Source of the DNA: Deinococcales bacterium
Lineage (GTDB): Bacteria; Deinococcota; Deinococci; Deinococcales; JAAFIG01
Reading direction: 5' to 3'
NCBI GenBank assembly: GCA_031414595.1
Contig: JANNVX010000032.1
Coordinates: 1-64,000, forward strand
DNA: 64,000 nt
Below the pieces are notes generated by a model, which ran no database searches, was not told the origin of the DNA, and was given only the letters and a program-made list of their open reading frames with translations. Of this stretch, positions 10,037-18,978 are shown piece after piece. A program made the position numbers and the translations under genes. The stretch's first letter is position 1, and each line of letters starts with the position of its first letter.

Positions 10037-10579
10037 ATGCGATTTCTTTTTTTAATCCTAATGCTTTTCGGCTTCTCGAGTTTCACGCTGGCGCAGGATT
10101 TCTCGAGCAGCGCGGCATTGAACAGTCTAGCGGCTGTTTCGCAAACAATCTCAAGGCTTGACCCACCTGTTTTAATGGCTCGAGATTGGGTCTTTGGCGG
10201 TTTAGAAGCTGGTTTTGCTGGTCGCACCGTCTCAACGCGCTTACTGCTTTGGTCGTTGCCGTGGATGGGCGCAAGTATCCTTGGTTTAACCCTAACCACC
10301 GATGACAAAGCCAAGGGGTTTTGGAGCATGAGCGGCGCTTGGGGATTTATCAATAGTGCGATTGCAATGATTGGTTTTCTGACCCCAGAATCAGACCTCG
10401 AGAGCTTACGGAATTTACTGCTGATTAACGCTGGTGTAGATGTGCTGTACATCGCGGCGGGTGCGTACATGTTGTCTCGAGCCGAAGCCTATTGGCAGGG
10501 AGCAGGTTGGGGCGTGATTTTACAAGGTACTTTTTTATTGGTTTTTGATTTATGGCAGGGTTTGGCAATTCGGTTTTGA
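10037..10579 (+). CDS. Hypothetical membrane protein (DUF6992-like)
   Basis: Signal peptide plus hydrophobic helices; NAGVDVLYIAAG and QGTFLLVFD motifs. Confidence 0.6.
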   Translation: MRFLFLILMLFGFSSFTLAQDFSSSAALNSLAAVSQTISRLDPPVLMARDWVFGGLEAGFAGRTVSTRLLLWSLPWMGASILGLTLTTDDKAKGFWSMSGAWGFINSAIAMIGFLTPESDLESLRNLLLINAGVDVLYIAAGAYMLSRAEAYWQGAGWGVILQGTFLLVFDLWQGLAIRF

Positions 10580-10581
10580 CT

Positions 10582-10610
10582 CAAAGCCCATAGCCCAAAG
10601 CTCATAGCCC
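10582..10610. repeat. Short heptamer-type tandem repeat (AAAGCCCATAGCCC), inverse copy at 20565-20592
   Basis: aaagcccatagcccaaagctcatagccc versus gagctatgggctttgagctatgggcttt. Confidence 0.7.
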
Positions 10611-10612
10611 AA

Positions 10613-11044
10613 CTATGGAATCACATATATCCCATCGCTGCGAGCCTCGAGCTTAAAGGCTGGTAATGGCTTGGCGGCTGGACCTTGAATCACTGCACCT
10701 GTTTCTAAGTTAAACAAACTGCCGTGGCAAGGGCAACCAAGTTGATTATTGACGGGTGCGCTGACTCCACAGCCAACATGGGTGCAAACCGTAGAACGAG
10801 CAATTAAATGGATTTCGCCTTGGCTGATGCCAGCCGCTTGTGGTTTGGCAACCCTTGCAATAATGGCTGGATTGGTCTCGAGATTGAGGTTCTTAAAACT
10901 ACCAACACTGGGAAATTCGCTTAAAGTCGCTACTTTTATGCCCGCTTGGGCTAGACTCGCTCCGGGGTTTTCTCGGATTGGCATACAGCCAGTCGCACCA
11001 ATTGCTCCAATTGTAACTAGGGCTTCTCGTCTGGTGATTTTCAT
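10613..11044 (-). CDS. Tat-exported Rieske [2Fe-2S] lipoprotein
   Basis: TRREAL Tat motif, ATGC lipobox, CTHVGC and CPCHGS boxes, GPA..PL. Confidence 0.88.
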   Translation of the reverse strand: MKITRREALVTIGAIGATGCMPIRENPGASLAQAGIKVATLSEFPSVGSFKNLNLETNPAIIARVAKPQAAGISQGEIHLIARSTVCTHVGCGVSAPVNNQLGCPCHGSLFNLETGAVIQGPAAKPLPAFKLEARSDGIYVIP

Positions 11045-11261
11045 AATTCATTGTCGCACAGGCTTTCGTGAGTATTTTTTGCAACCAAGAGTCAATTGTC
11101 TCCTACCATTCAATTTTCTGTTGTCATCAAAGGCGTATGGGACAATTCTCTGGTTGTTGCACAGTGTTGTAATTCGTATGCTGTTGCGTAATCTGCTGAA
11201 CATAAGGCTGAGGTCGTCTACCTGACATAAGGTTGTTGGGGTTTCTCGAGGAGGAAGGCTG

Positions 11262-12713
11262 GTGGGTATGAGTATGCTCGAATCTGTGCGTGATCGTTTG
11301 TTTCCTGATACTCCAGACGGGTCGGCAAAGCTGTGGCTTACGTCGTCTGTGGTCTGGGGGGTTATTGGCATGACCTTTGGTGTGTTCATGGCAATTTTGT
11401 TTGTCTTTCCAGAATTCACCAAAGGTGTGCCGTGGTTGTCGTTTAGTCGGATTCGTCCGTCACACGTCAACACCGTGGTGATGTCTTGGGTTTCGATGGC
11501 AAGCATTGGCTCGATGTTTTATATGTTGCCGCGCTTATTAAAGACTCCACTGGTTTCTGAGCGTCTGGGTACGGCGGTCGGTTGGTCTTGGAACGCCTTT
11601 GCCATCTGTATTCCGCTAACACTCTTAAATGGACTATCGGAAGGGCGCGAGTGGGCGGAGCTTGTTTGGTGGATGGATTGGTGGATGTTGATTAACCTTG
11701 GCTTGGTCGGTTATTTAACCTTTGCGACTGTGGCAAGACGCACCGAACCACAATTGTACGTCTCGGTTTGGTATTGGATGGGTTCGATGGTTGGCATGAC
11801 CTTGGTCTGGATTGTTGGCAACCGAACTTTTGTACCACTAGACGGACTTAACGATGCGATTGCCAATTGGTTCTATGCCCACGATGTATTAGGATTATGG
11901 ATTACCACCATGGGCATTGGAATTATTTACTACCTGTTGCCAAAACTAACGGCTGGCAAGAATGGCGAACCGGGCAACCCTGTCTTTAGCCATAAAATGT
12001 CCTTGATTGGGTTCTGGGGAAATTTTGCCTTCTACACGGGTATTGGGGCGCATCACATTATTCAGTCGCCAGTTCCAGAATGGCTTAAAGCCTTTGCGAT
12101 TGCCTCGAGTGTTTTAATGAGCATTCCAGTCTACTCGGCAAGTGCCAATTTTTTCTTAAGCACCCAAGGGCGTTGGGAGAACTTGGCTTGGAATTTACCG
12201 CTTCGATTTGTAACCTTTGGCTGGATTATGTACGCGCTCTCGAGTTTTCAGGGCAGTTTACAAGCAGTGCGTTCAATCAACTGGTATCAGCACTTCACGG
12301 GAATTGTCAGCGCTCACGCCCATTTAGCCATGCTTGGTGGCTTTAGCGTGGTGTTGTTTGCTAGTATTTATTACTGTATTCCGCGTCTTTACAAAGTCGA
12401 GTGGTACTCTAAAAAACTCGTGGTGGTGCATTTTTGGACGTTTACGGTTTCGTTTGTAATGTTCTTTTTGGTCTGGACAACCATGGGCTTTGTACAAGCC
12501 ACCAGTTGGGTCATGGGGATTAACGTCCAACAAACCGTGCCATTTTTACAACCGTTTACCTTCACCCGCATGATTGCCGCGTTAGCGATGATTTTTTCGG
12601 TTTATATTTTTGCCTATAACGTGCTGCAAACTGTGCGGAGCGCTAAACGTCAAGAGGCTTTTTCCGGAGCCAGAATTCCTTCAGCAGTTGCGCCTGCTGC
12701 GGCGGATGATTAG
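11262..12713 (+). CDS. ccoN: cbb3-type (C-family) heme-copper oxidase subunit I
   Basis: RIRPSH, EGREWAEL, WFYAHD, FYTGIGAHH and HAH: all six His and the helix-VII Tyr; exact start uncertain (11262/11268/11274). Confidence 0.88.
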   Translation: MGMSMLESVRDRLFPDTPDGSAKLWLTSSVVWGVIGMTFGVFMAILFVFPEFTKGVPWLSFSRIRPSHVNTVVMSWVSMASIGSMFYMLPRLLKTPLVSERLGTAVGWSWNAFAICIPLTLLNGLSEGREWAELVWWMDWWMLINLGLVGYLTFATVARRTEPQLYVSVWYWMGSMVGMTLVWIVGNRTFVPLDGLNDAIANWFYAHDVLGLWITTMGIGIIYYLLPKLTAGKNGEPGNPVFSHKMSLIGFWGNFAFYTGIGAHHIIQSPVPEWLKAFAIASSVLMSIPVYSASANFFLSTQGRWENLAWNLPLRFVTFGWIMYALSSFQGSLQAVRSINWYQHFTGIVSAHAHLAMLGGFSVVLFASIYYCIPRLYKVEWYSKKLVVVHFWTFTVSFVMFFLVWTTMGFVQATSWVMGINVQQTVPFLQPFTFTRMIAALAMIFSVYIFAYNVLQTVRSAKRQEAFSGARIPSAVAPAAADD

Positions 12714-12721
12714 GAGTTTTT

Positions 12722-13645
12722 ATGCTGAATCCTAAGAATGCAATTATCGGGCTGATGTTTATGCTCCTTGTGACTGGTGTGACCAGTTTGGTGGTCGTCG
12801 TACCCGCCGCAACTTTTAATCCTGAGCCATCAGTTGGTTTACGCAATTACACCGAAGCCGAGTTGCGTGGGCGCGAAGTTTTTAAGCGCGAGAACTGCTA
12901 TGTTTGCCATAGTCAATTTGTGCGTTTTCAAGACGAAGGTGTTGGTCCAACTTCGCAAGCTGGCGACTTTGCCTACGACAATTCAAACTTGCTCGGCACG
13001 CTGCGAAATGGTCCGGATTTGACCTATGAAGGCGGCTTATACCCGGACGAATGGCACATTGGGCATCTAAAAGCGCCGCGTTCGTACTTACCGGGCAGCT
13101 ATATGCCAAGTTACAGTTACTTAGACTCTAAAGACATCAAAGACCTTGTGGCATTTATCCAAAGCCTTGGGACACGCAATACACGAGCTTGGGACACCAA
13201 AGATGTCAATGTCCCAGAAAAGTACCGCAATCTCGAGTCTCCACTTGGTCAGACGGCAGCAAATATCGGGGCTGGGCGTGGTATTTACAACCAGAATTGC
13301 TCGGCTTGTCACGGCTTTGAGGGTCGGGCAGATGTGCCTTTGGCAAAAATGTTCTATCCAAAACCAGCCGCCAATTTCCATTTGCCTCGTTATAAAGATT
13401 TTACCGACGGACACTGGTTTAATAAAGTCGCAAGGGGCGTACCGGGAACTCGGATGCCGCGCTGGGACCAAATTCTCAATTCTGAGCAAATGTGGTATGT
13501 CGTCACCTACCTAAAGTCTTTAGCAGCAGACCAAGACCTTGTGCCGAAAGCGGGACGGGAAAAGTATTACGACAAGTCAGTTTTGCAACCCGGAACAATC
13601 AAGAAAAAGTACGAAGGCGCACCTAAAGCGGGCGGTGGTCACTAA
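12722..13645 (+). CDS. ccoO: CcoO-like subunit II fused to a second cytochrome c domain
   Basis: CYVCHSQFVR, GTLRNGPDL and PGSYMPSY; second heme motif CSACH and GTRMPRW. Confidence 0.85.
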   Translation: MLNPKNAIIGLMFMLLVTGVTSLVVVVPAATFNPEPSVGLRNYTEAELRGREVFKRENCYVCHSQFVRFQDEGVGPTSQAGDFAYDNSNLLGTLRNGPDLTYEGGLYPDEWHIGHLKAPRSYLPGSYMPSYSYLDSKDIKDLVAFIQSLGTRNTRAWDTKDVNVPEKYRNLESPLGQTAANIGAGRGIYNQNCSACHGFEGRADVPLAKMFYPKPAANFHLPRYKDFTDGHWFNKVARGVPGTRMPRWDQILNSEQMWYVVTYLKSLAADQDLVPKAGREKYYDKSVLQPGTIKKKYEGAPKAGGGH

Positions 13646-13938
13646 TGAAACATTTGGCTCGAGCCTTGGTTCTTGCTTGTTTCTCGAGTTTGGCATTTGC
13701 CGACCATGTGCCGGGCGTTGGCTTAAATTACAGTGGAACTTGGGTGGTGTTGATTGCTGTTGGTGTGATTTTTTCGCTTTTGATTTTGTCTTTGTTGTGG
13801 GCAGTTTTAGATGGGCAATTTCAGAATTCTGAACGGGTTAAATTTGCAGTGGCAGAGGTTAATGAAACCGATTTTATTCCGAGTATTGAGCGTCCGCAAG
13901 GCAATCTGGGTATTCAACGTCCGCAAGGCAAGAGGTGA
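13645..13938 (+). CDS. CcoS/FixS-like cbb3 maturation membrane protein
   Basis: TM helix followed by LWAVLDGQFQN (CcoS-type WA..GQF.D); N-terminal signal-like extension. Confidence 0.6.
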   Translation: MKHLARALVLACFSSLAFADHVPGVGLNYSGTWVVLIAVGVIFSLLILSLLWAVLDGQFQNSERVKFAVAEVNETDFIPSIERPQGNLGIQRPQGKR

Positions 13939-13941
13939 GTT

Positions 13942-14100
13942 ATGGCAGAGCAGAATAAAGACAACCACGACGACAACCATACCCACGAAATTGCTGGTAT
14001 TCAAGTTGGCGAGAAAAACGTGCCAACCTCAGTGATTGCTGTGATTATTTTCATTGTCTTTTTCGCCTTAATTTCTTGGATTGCACCACAGGGGTTTTGA
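13942..14100 (+). CDS. Unannotated 52-aa membrane peptide resembling the CcoP N-terminal anchor
   Basis: MAEQNKDNHDDNHTHEIAGIQVGEKNVPTSVIAVIIFIVFFALISWIAPQGF*; GAGG RBS; TGATG overlap with the next gene. Confidence 0.7.
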   Translation: MAEQNKDNHDDNHTHEIAGIQVGEKNVPTSVIAVIIFIVFFALISWIAPQGF

Positions 14101-15104
14101 TGAAAAAAATCATAACACTCTTTCTAATCTCGAGTTTAGCCGCTTGTAGCGTACCGAGTAACGCCAATAATCCAGCCAAAGAAGCCGCCAAAAAAGGGGT
14201 TTTGTACATTCGTGAAGGCGAAAAACCACTTGAATTAAAAGTCGAAGAAGGCGCATATGACTGGAAGTACCCGAAGTACCCCGAAGATTACAAAGTTGAT
14301 TTGAGTAACCGCGACCAAAACAACCAAACTTATATGTCTGGGCGGGAAATCACTTACCGAGCCAAACCCGATGGTCAACATAAAATGGACACTGCCTTGG
14401 CAGAATTTGGTTCATATGCAGGTCCTTGGCTCGAGGGCGAAGAAGCCTTGCTCTTACCAGTAGCCAACCCCAATGTGGTACTGGGTGACGCTTTAATCAA
14501 GAGTTTGGGGGCAGAAATCAAGCCCGAAATGCTGCCGACACTCGAAGAAACCCCTTTTCAGGCATACTTAAAATTGCGTGAACTTGGTAAGGACACGGAA
14601 GGTCGTCACCGCACTGTAACCATCGAATTAACTGGTGTGACTAACCCTTCGAGTGGCAAGCCCGAAAATGCCGAGTACGATGTTCAACTTGATAAAGAGG
14701 CTTTATGGAGCATTGCTTACGCTTTGTACCGCAAAATTCAACCTGACTTTAAGACCAGAATTCCAACTCGAGAAGACCCGAAAAAACTACTCGATGGCGC
14801 ATTGATTTACGGCAATTGCAACATGTGTCACGGCTCGGATGGTTGGGGCTTGGGCAAGAGTGGTCATAAGTTGCAACCACACCCAGCCAATTTTCATGAG
14901 CCAAGGCGTTTGTTTAATCGTTCTGATGCCAAACTGCGTGAAGTCTTGAAGCACGGAATTTACGGAAGTGCCATGCCACCGTGGGGTGACATACTCTCTG
15001 AAAATGAAATTAACCATGTGGTGGCATATATTCGTTCTTTTTCGTACAGTCTCGAGCCACCAGTCTTGAATGTCAAACCACGTTTTAAGGGAGGTCAGCC
15101 ATGA
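14100..15104 (+). CDS. Monoheme cytochrome c lipoprotein
   Basis: MKKII...LAAC lipobox; CNMCH; GSAMPPW axial Met. Confidence 0.85.
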   Translation: MKKIITLFLISSLAACSVPSNANNPAKEAAKKGVLYIREGEKPLELKVEEGAYDWKYPKYPEDYKVDLSNRDQNNQTYMSGREITYRAKPDGQHKMDTALAEFGSYAGPWLEGEEALLLPVANPNVVLGDALIKSLGAEIKPEMLPTLEETPFQAYLKLRELGKDTEGRHRTVTIELTGVTNPSSGKPENAEYDVQLDKEALWSIAYALYRKIQPDFKTRIPTREDPKKLLDGALIYGNCNMCHGSDGWGLGKSGHKLQPHPANFHEPRRLFNRSDAKLREVLKHGIYGSAMPPWGDILSENEINHVVAYIRSFSYSLEPPVLNVKPRFKGGQP

Positions 15105-15129
15105 ACCTGACACTCAAGGGAGGTCAACC

Positions 15130-15783
15130 ATGATTGACCGCAGAAGTATCGTGAAAGGCATCACTATTTTGCCGCTTTTAGCTGTGGCTGGTGGGATTGG
15201 AACTGCCCTTTTATCGTTTCTTAAACCGACTTGGAAACCACTGGCTTTGCCTGTCACCGAAAAACCCTTAAATGAGGACAAAGTTGTTGGCACACTCGAG
15301 GAATTTGCTAAGGATTACGACTTTAAGGCGTTTGTATTCACGCAAATTACCGTCGAATACACGGCTCGAGGGCGGGCGGCTACCGATGTGCTTGGTTATG
15401 CGGTTCGCATCCCCAATAACAGTTTAGCCGCCGCCGATGTGGGTGTTGGACCCAGTGGCTTACGCCGAGGCTACGGCGAAACTGATTACAATGGTCAAAA
15501 GTACAGCATTGTGGTGGTCTCAAGAATTTGCGCTCATTTGGGTTGTATTTTTGAGTACCATCAACCTGCCGAAGTTTGTTCTGGCTTTAATTACTGTGGC
15601 GGCTCTACTCCAATGTTTTCTTGTCCGTGCCATTTATCGGTCTATGACCCAGCCCAACAGCAAGATGTGGCTGGGGTTGGTAAATTACCCGGCAAGGTTG
15701 TCTCTGGTCCTGCGCCCCGCACTCCATTTCCTTTTGATTTTGAAATTAAAGGCAATGAAATCATCGTCAAAAGCTACGGTTAA
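15130..15783 (+). CDS. Rieske iron-sulfur subunit of a cytochrome bc complex
   Basis: GGAGG RBS, DRRSIVK Tat motif, TM anchor, CAHLGC and CPCHLSVYD, SGPAPR. Confidence 0.9.
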   Translation: MIDRRSIVKGITILPLLAVAGGIGTALLSFLKPTWKPLALPVTEKPLNEDKVVGTLEEFAKDYDFKAFVFTQITVEYTARGRAATDVLGYAVRIPNNSLAAADVGVGPSGLRRGYGETDYNGQKYSIVVVSRICAHLGCIFEYHQPAEVCSGFNYCGGSTPMFSCPCHLSVYDPAQQQDVAGVGKLPGKVVSGPAPRTPFPFDFEIKGNEIIVKSYG

Positions 15784-15795
15784 GGAGGAATACTT

Positions 15796-17103
15796 ATGGC
15801 AGCCCCCGCAGTTCCCGCAAAAAAAGCTGTTCCAAATGTTGGGCAAAAAATCGCCCAATGGTGGACTAAAAGTGCGCGTAATTTAGATTTATTTGACGAA
15901 AACCAAACCGATAAAGTTTTAACCGACCCGTGGTACATGCTTGGTGGGATGGCGTTGTTGTTTTGGTACATCACCATTGTGACAGGCACAGTTCTGATGT
16001 TTTTTTATGTGCCGGACACCTATCAGGCATGGCGCAGTGTGCGTGGAATGTTTGAAGGTGAACAGGGTTTTATTGTTGCCCTGATTCGCAATATGCACAA
16101 ATACGGCGCAGATGCACTGATTATTGCCCTAACAATGCGAATTTACCGCATGTACTTTAGGGGTGAATTTAAGAATTACAATCAGCTTTCCTATATGCTG
16201 ACAATCATTGGCTTACTTTTAGCCATGTTTAGTGGTTTAACGGGTTACTTGCTGATTTGGAATCAACGCGCACTGTGGGCAACCAAGGTTTTTGCGACCT
16301 TCCCAACTTTTGTGGATGATTTTCACAATATCCCGACGATCAAAGTCTTCCTAGCTCCGCTTGCTTATGTTCTCGAGCATACCCTCTCGAGTCTTAAAAT
16401 TGGGGCTTTGACGGCTAATTTTATGCTGGCTGGTCAAAGTATCGGTCCAGCTACTTTGACCCGTTTTTACAGCGCCCATTTTATGCTTTCGATGCTGGCA
16501 ATTTTGGCAATTGAAGCCTACTTTGCCCGTAAGGGACGCGGTGGTAAAATTGGTGAAGCGGCAGCCGGTGGTGGGGCTGGGCGCTTTAAGCGGATTAATT
16601 TACCGTGGTTTGCAGTGGTTTTTTGTTTTGTAATTCTGGTGGTAGTTTCGATTTGGGTTCCAGTGGATACGGGCAGCCCCGCGAACTACAGCGTTACGCC
16701 AAATCCGATTTTGTCCGACTGGTACTTTTTGGGGTTGTACCAAATGATGAAGTGGTGGCAACCCGCCGTGGCAACCTTACAGACCGTTTTGCTTCCCTTG
16801 GTGGCTTTTATTGTCGTCTTTTTAGATTATAGCCCCGAACGCAATCCTTGGAAACGCCCGTTCTGGACAATGGTTGGAATTTACGGATTGGTCTCATGGT
16901 TGGCGTTTAGCATCCTGATTATTCTAAACATTGCCGACATTAAACGCGACCCACCTTATGTTTACTTGGTCAGCATGATTATGCTTGGGGCTGGCGCAAT
17001 TTGGCACTGGGTCTTTATGGCAGGCGAACGCAAAAAACGCTTAAAACTCGAGGCAGAAAAAGCCGCTAAAGCTGCTCTAGCCGCCCCACAAGCGGCTGAT
17101 TAA
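15796..17103 (+). CDS. Cytochrome b (long form) retaining only the heme bL ligands
   Basis: WYMLGG, IRNMH, TGYLL.WNQ, LTRFYSAH and ILSDWYFL (PEWY-like); the +14 His positions are Arg and Tyr. Confidence 0.9.
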   Translation: MAAPAVPAKKAVPNVGQKIAQWWTKSARNLDLFDENQTDKVLTDPWYMLGGMALLFWYITIVTGTVLMFFYVPDTYQAWRSVRGMFEGEQGFIVALIRNMHKYGADALIIALTMRIYRMYFRGEFKNYNQLSYMLTIIGLLLAMFSGLTGYLLIWNQRALWATKVFATFPTFVDDFHNIPTIKVFLAPLAYVLEHTLSSLKIGALTANFMLAGQSIGPATLTRFYSAHFMLSMLAILAIEAYFARKGRGGKIGEAAAGGGAGRFKRINLPWFAVVFCFVILVVVSIWVPVDTGSPANYSVTPNPILSDWYFLGLYQMMKWWQPAVATLQTVLLPLVAFIVVFLDYSPERNPWKRPFWTMVGIYGLVSWLAFSILIILNIADIKRDPPYVYLVSMIMLGAGAIWHWVFMAGERKKRLKLEAEKAAKAALAAPQAAD

Positions 17104-17120
17104 GCGAAAGGAAAGCAATC

Positions 17121-17423
17121 ATGAAAGGAAGCACTTGGCTATTTACCCTCGCCTCATTTGTTGGTGGCATCCTTGTCTTTTCAAGTGGCTACAACCAAGT
17201 GTTGCGCTACCTCGAGCAGCCGACTTGGACGGGCTTAGCGATGATTGCTTTTTGGTTGACTTTGCTGCTGTTTTTTGTGGTTACACTGGGGTTTATTATG
17301 TATGCCGTAGACCGCAAAGCTGGCAATGTACGGGTCAAAATCGCGTTATTTGAACGTTTACTGGGTTATTCTAAAGAGGCTGTTTTGCCAGAATCTCGAG
17401 AAAAAAATAAGGAGAATTCATGA
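17121..17423 (+). CDS. Small 2-TM membrane protein in the respiratory operon
   Basis: RBS, hydrophobic helices, ATGA overlap with the next gene. Confidence 0.75.
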   Translation: MKGSTWLFTLASFVGGILVFSSGYNQVLRYLEQPTWTGLAMIAFWLTLLLFFVVTLGFIMYAVDRKAGNVRVKIALFERLLGYSKEAVLPESREKNKENS

Positions 17424-17791
17424 AGACAATCATCGCCATACTGCTGGTTTTAGGGGCGCTCGGACTTGCGCCTTTGACCATTGGGGCGTTCGCTCACGCC
17501 AATCCAGATTTTGGAACAGTTGATAAAACCTTATCTTCCGAAAATCCATACATTGTTCGTGAGGATGGAGCGCCAAAAATTCCAGAGCTTGCGGTGAGCT
17601 TGGTTAAAATTATTCGAGATACCGAAGGGGCGATTTCTGGGGCGTTGCTGCCAAACCTAAAATCCTTCCCATTTGAACGTGGCTTTGCGTATATGGGCTT
17701 AACTGTACTGCTGACTGCGATTGCTTCGGCACTGCTTGCCGATACGCGCAGTCAAACCCTCGTTAAACCTGGCAAGAGGAGGCTGGCATAA
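17420..17791 (+). CDS. Small membrane-anchored protein in the respiratory operon
   Basis: AGGAG RBS, signal peptide plus C-terminal TM, coupled to both neighbours. Confidence 0.75.
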   Translation: MKTIIAILLVLGALGLAPLTIGAFAHANPDFGTVDKTLSSENPYIVREDGAPKIPELAVSLVKIIRDTEGAISGALLPNLKSFPFERGFAYMGLTVLLTAIASALLADTRSQTLVKPGKRRLA

Positions 17792-18978
17792 TGGCAGGTT
17801 ACAGCGCCGACCAAGCCCCAACTTCTCGGGACAAAGGTTTTGATGCAGGTTTAGATGGTATCCATAAAGGTGTTGTTGCCGTAGACAAAGCCATCAATAA
17901 AGTCATCCCCGAAGAGTTCAATCCGTTTTATTACTTGGGCGGCATCACCAATGTACTTTGGGTGCTGCTTGTGCCAACCGGCATTTTCTTGTGGTTTTAC
18001 TATAAACCCACCACCTCAGAAGCCTTCTCGAGTGTTGATTATTTAACCGTACAGGTCTTTTTTGGTGGTGTGATTCGCGGTATTCATCGTTATGCTGGCA
18101 ATGGCATGATTTTATTGGCGGTGCTGCACATGTTGCGTAATTTCTTCACCGACCGTTACCGAGGCTTTAGAGATATCCCTTGGGTTTCTGGAGTTATCCT
18201 CTTGTTTCTAACTGGTTTCATTGGCTTGACTGGTTATTTGTTGGTTTGGGATCAACGCGCCTTGGTCATTACCGAAGCCTTGGTACAGATTTTACGCAGT
18301 TTTGACTTGGTGGTTGCTGGATTTGGCACTTGGTTAGCCAGAGGACTCATCGGTGGTGACGAACCGAATAATTTAACCTTGGCTCGGATGCTGTTTTTGC
18401 ATGTTGGACCTGCAGTGATGGTGTTCTTTTTCTTGTGGGTGCATTATTTGCGTTTGCACCGCCCCAAAATCTGGCCTCCGGCTTTTGTAACGCTACTGAC
18501 GATTGGCGCAGTTTTATTGGTGGCTGGTTTAGCACCACTCGAGAAAACCTTGCCCGCCACACAACCGATTGTTGAAGGACAAGCTGCCATTGTCTATGAC
18601 ATTTTCTATTTGCTGCCTGTATTAGCGCTCTCGAGCATCAGCGCCCCTTGGATTTTGGCGATTCTACTGCTGCTTTTTGCGGTGATGTTTATTCTGCCTT
18701 GGATTCCAGCCAAAAAACACCGTTATGTCAATGTCGCAACCGTCACCCCAGAAAACTGTACCGGTTGTCAACTCTGTGCTATTGACTGCCCGTTTGACGC
18801 AATCGTGATGGTTCCTGGAGCAAATCCAAATCCGCGTTATACCGAGTTAGCCGTGGTCAATGATGACAAATGTGCTGAATGTGGTATTTGCGTTGGTGCT
18901 TGCCCATTCCATGCAATCAATCTCCCGCTCATGGATGAATACACTGTGCGCGATAAGGTGGTGGCGTTACTTAAATGA
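17791..18978 (+). CDS. Cytochrome b with four His ligands fused to a C-terminal 2[4Fe-4S] ferredoxin
   Basis: HRYAGNGMILLAVLH and HVGPAVMVFFFLWVH; CTGCQLCAIDCP and CAECGICVGACP. Confidence 0.9.
   Translation: MAGYSADQAPTSRDKGFDAGLDGIHKGVVAVDKAINKVIPEEFNPFYYLGGITNVLWVLLVPTGIFLWFYYKPTTSEAFSSVDYLTVQVFFGGVIRGIHRYAGNGMILLAVLHMLRNFFTDRYRGFRDIPWVSGVILLFLTGFIGLTGYLLVWDQRALVITEALVQILRSFDLVVAGFGTWLARGLIGGDEPNNLTLARMLFLHVGPAVMVFFFLWVHYLRLHRPKIWPPAFVTLLTIGAVLLVAGLAPLEKTLPATQPIVEGQAAIVYDIFYLLPVLALSSISAPWILAILLLLFAVMFILPWIPAKKHRYVNVATVTPENCTGCQLCAIDCPFDAIVMVPGANPNPRYTELAVVNDDKCAECGICVGACPFHAINLPLMDEYTVRDKVVALLK

Noticed and set aside
11045-11261. FNR/Crp box upstream of ccoN
   Set aside because: Only a half-site (ATCAA) is visible; no convincing TTGAT-N4-ATCAA
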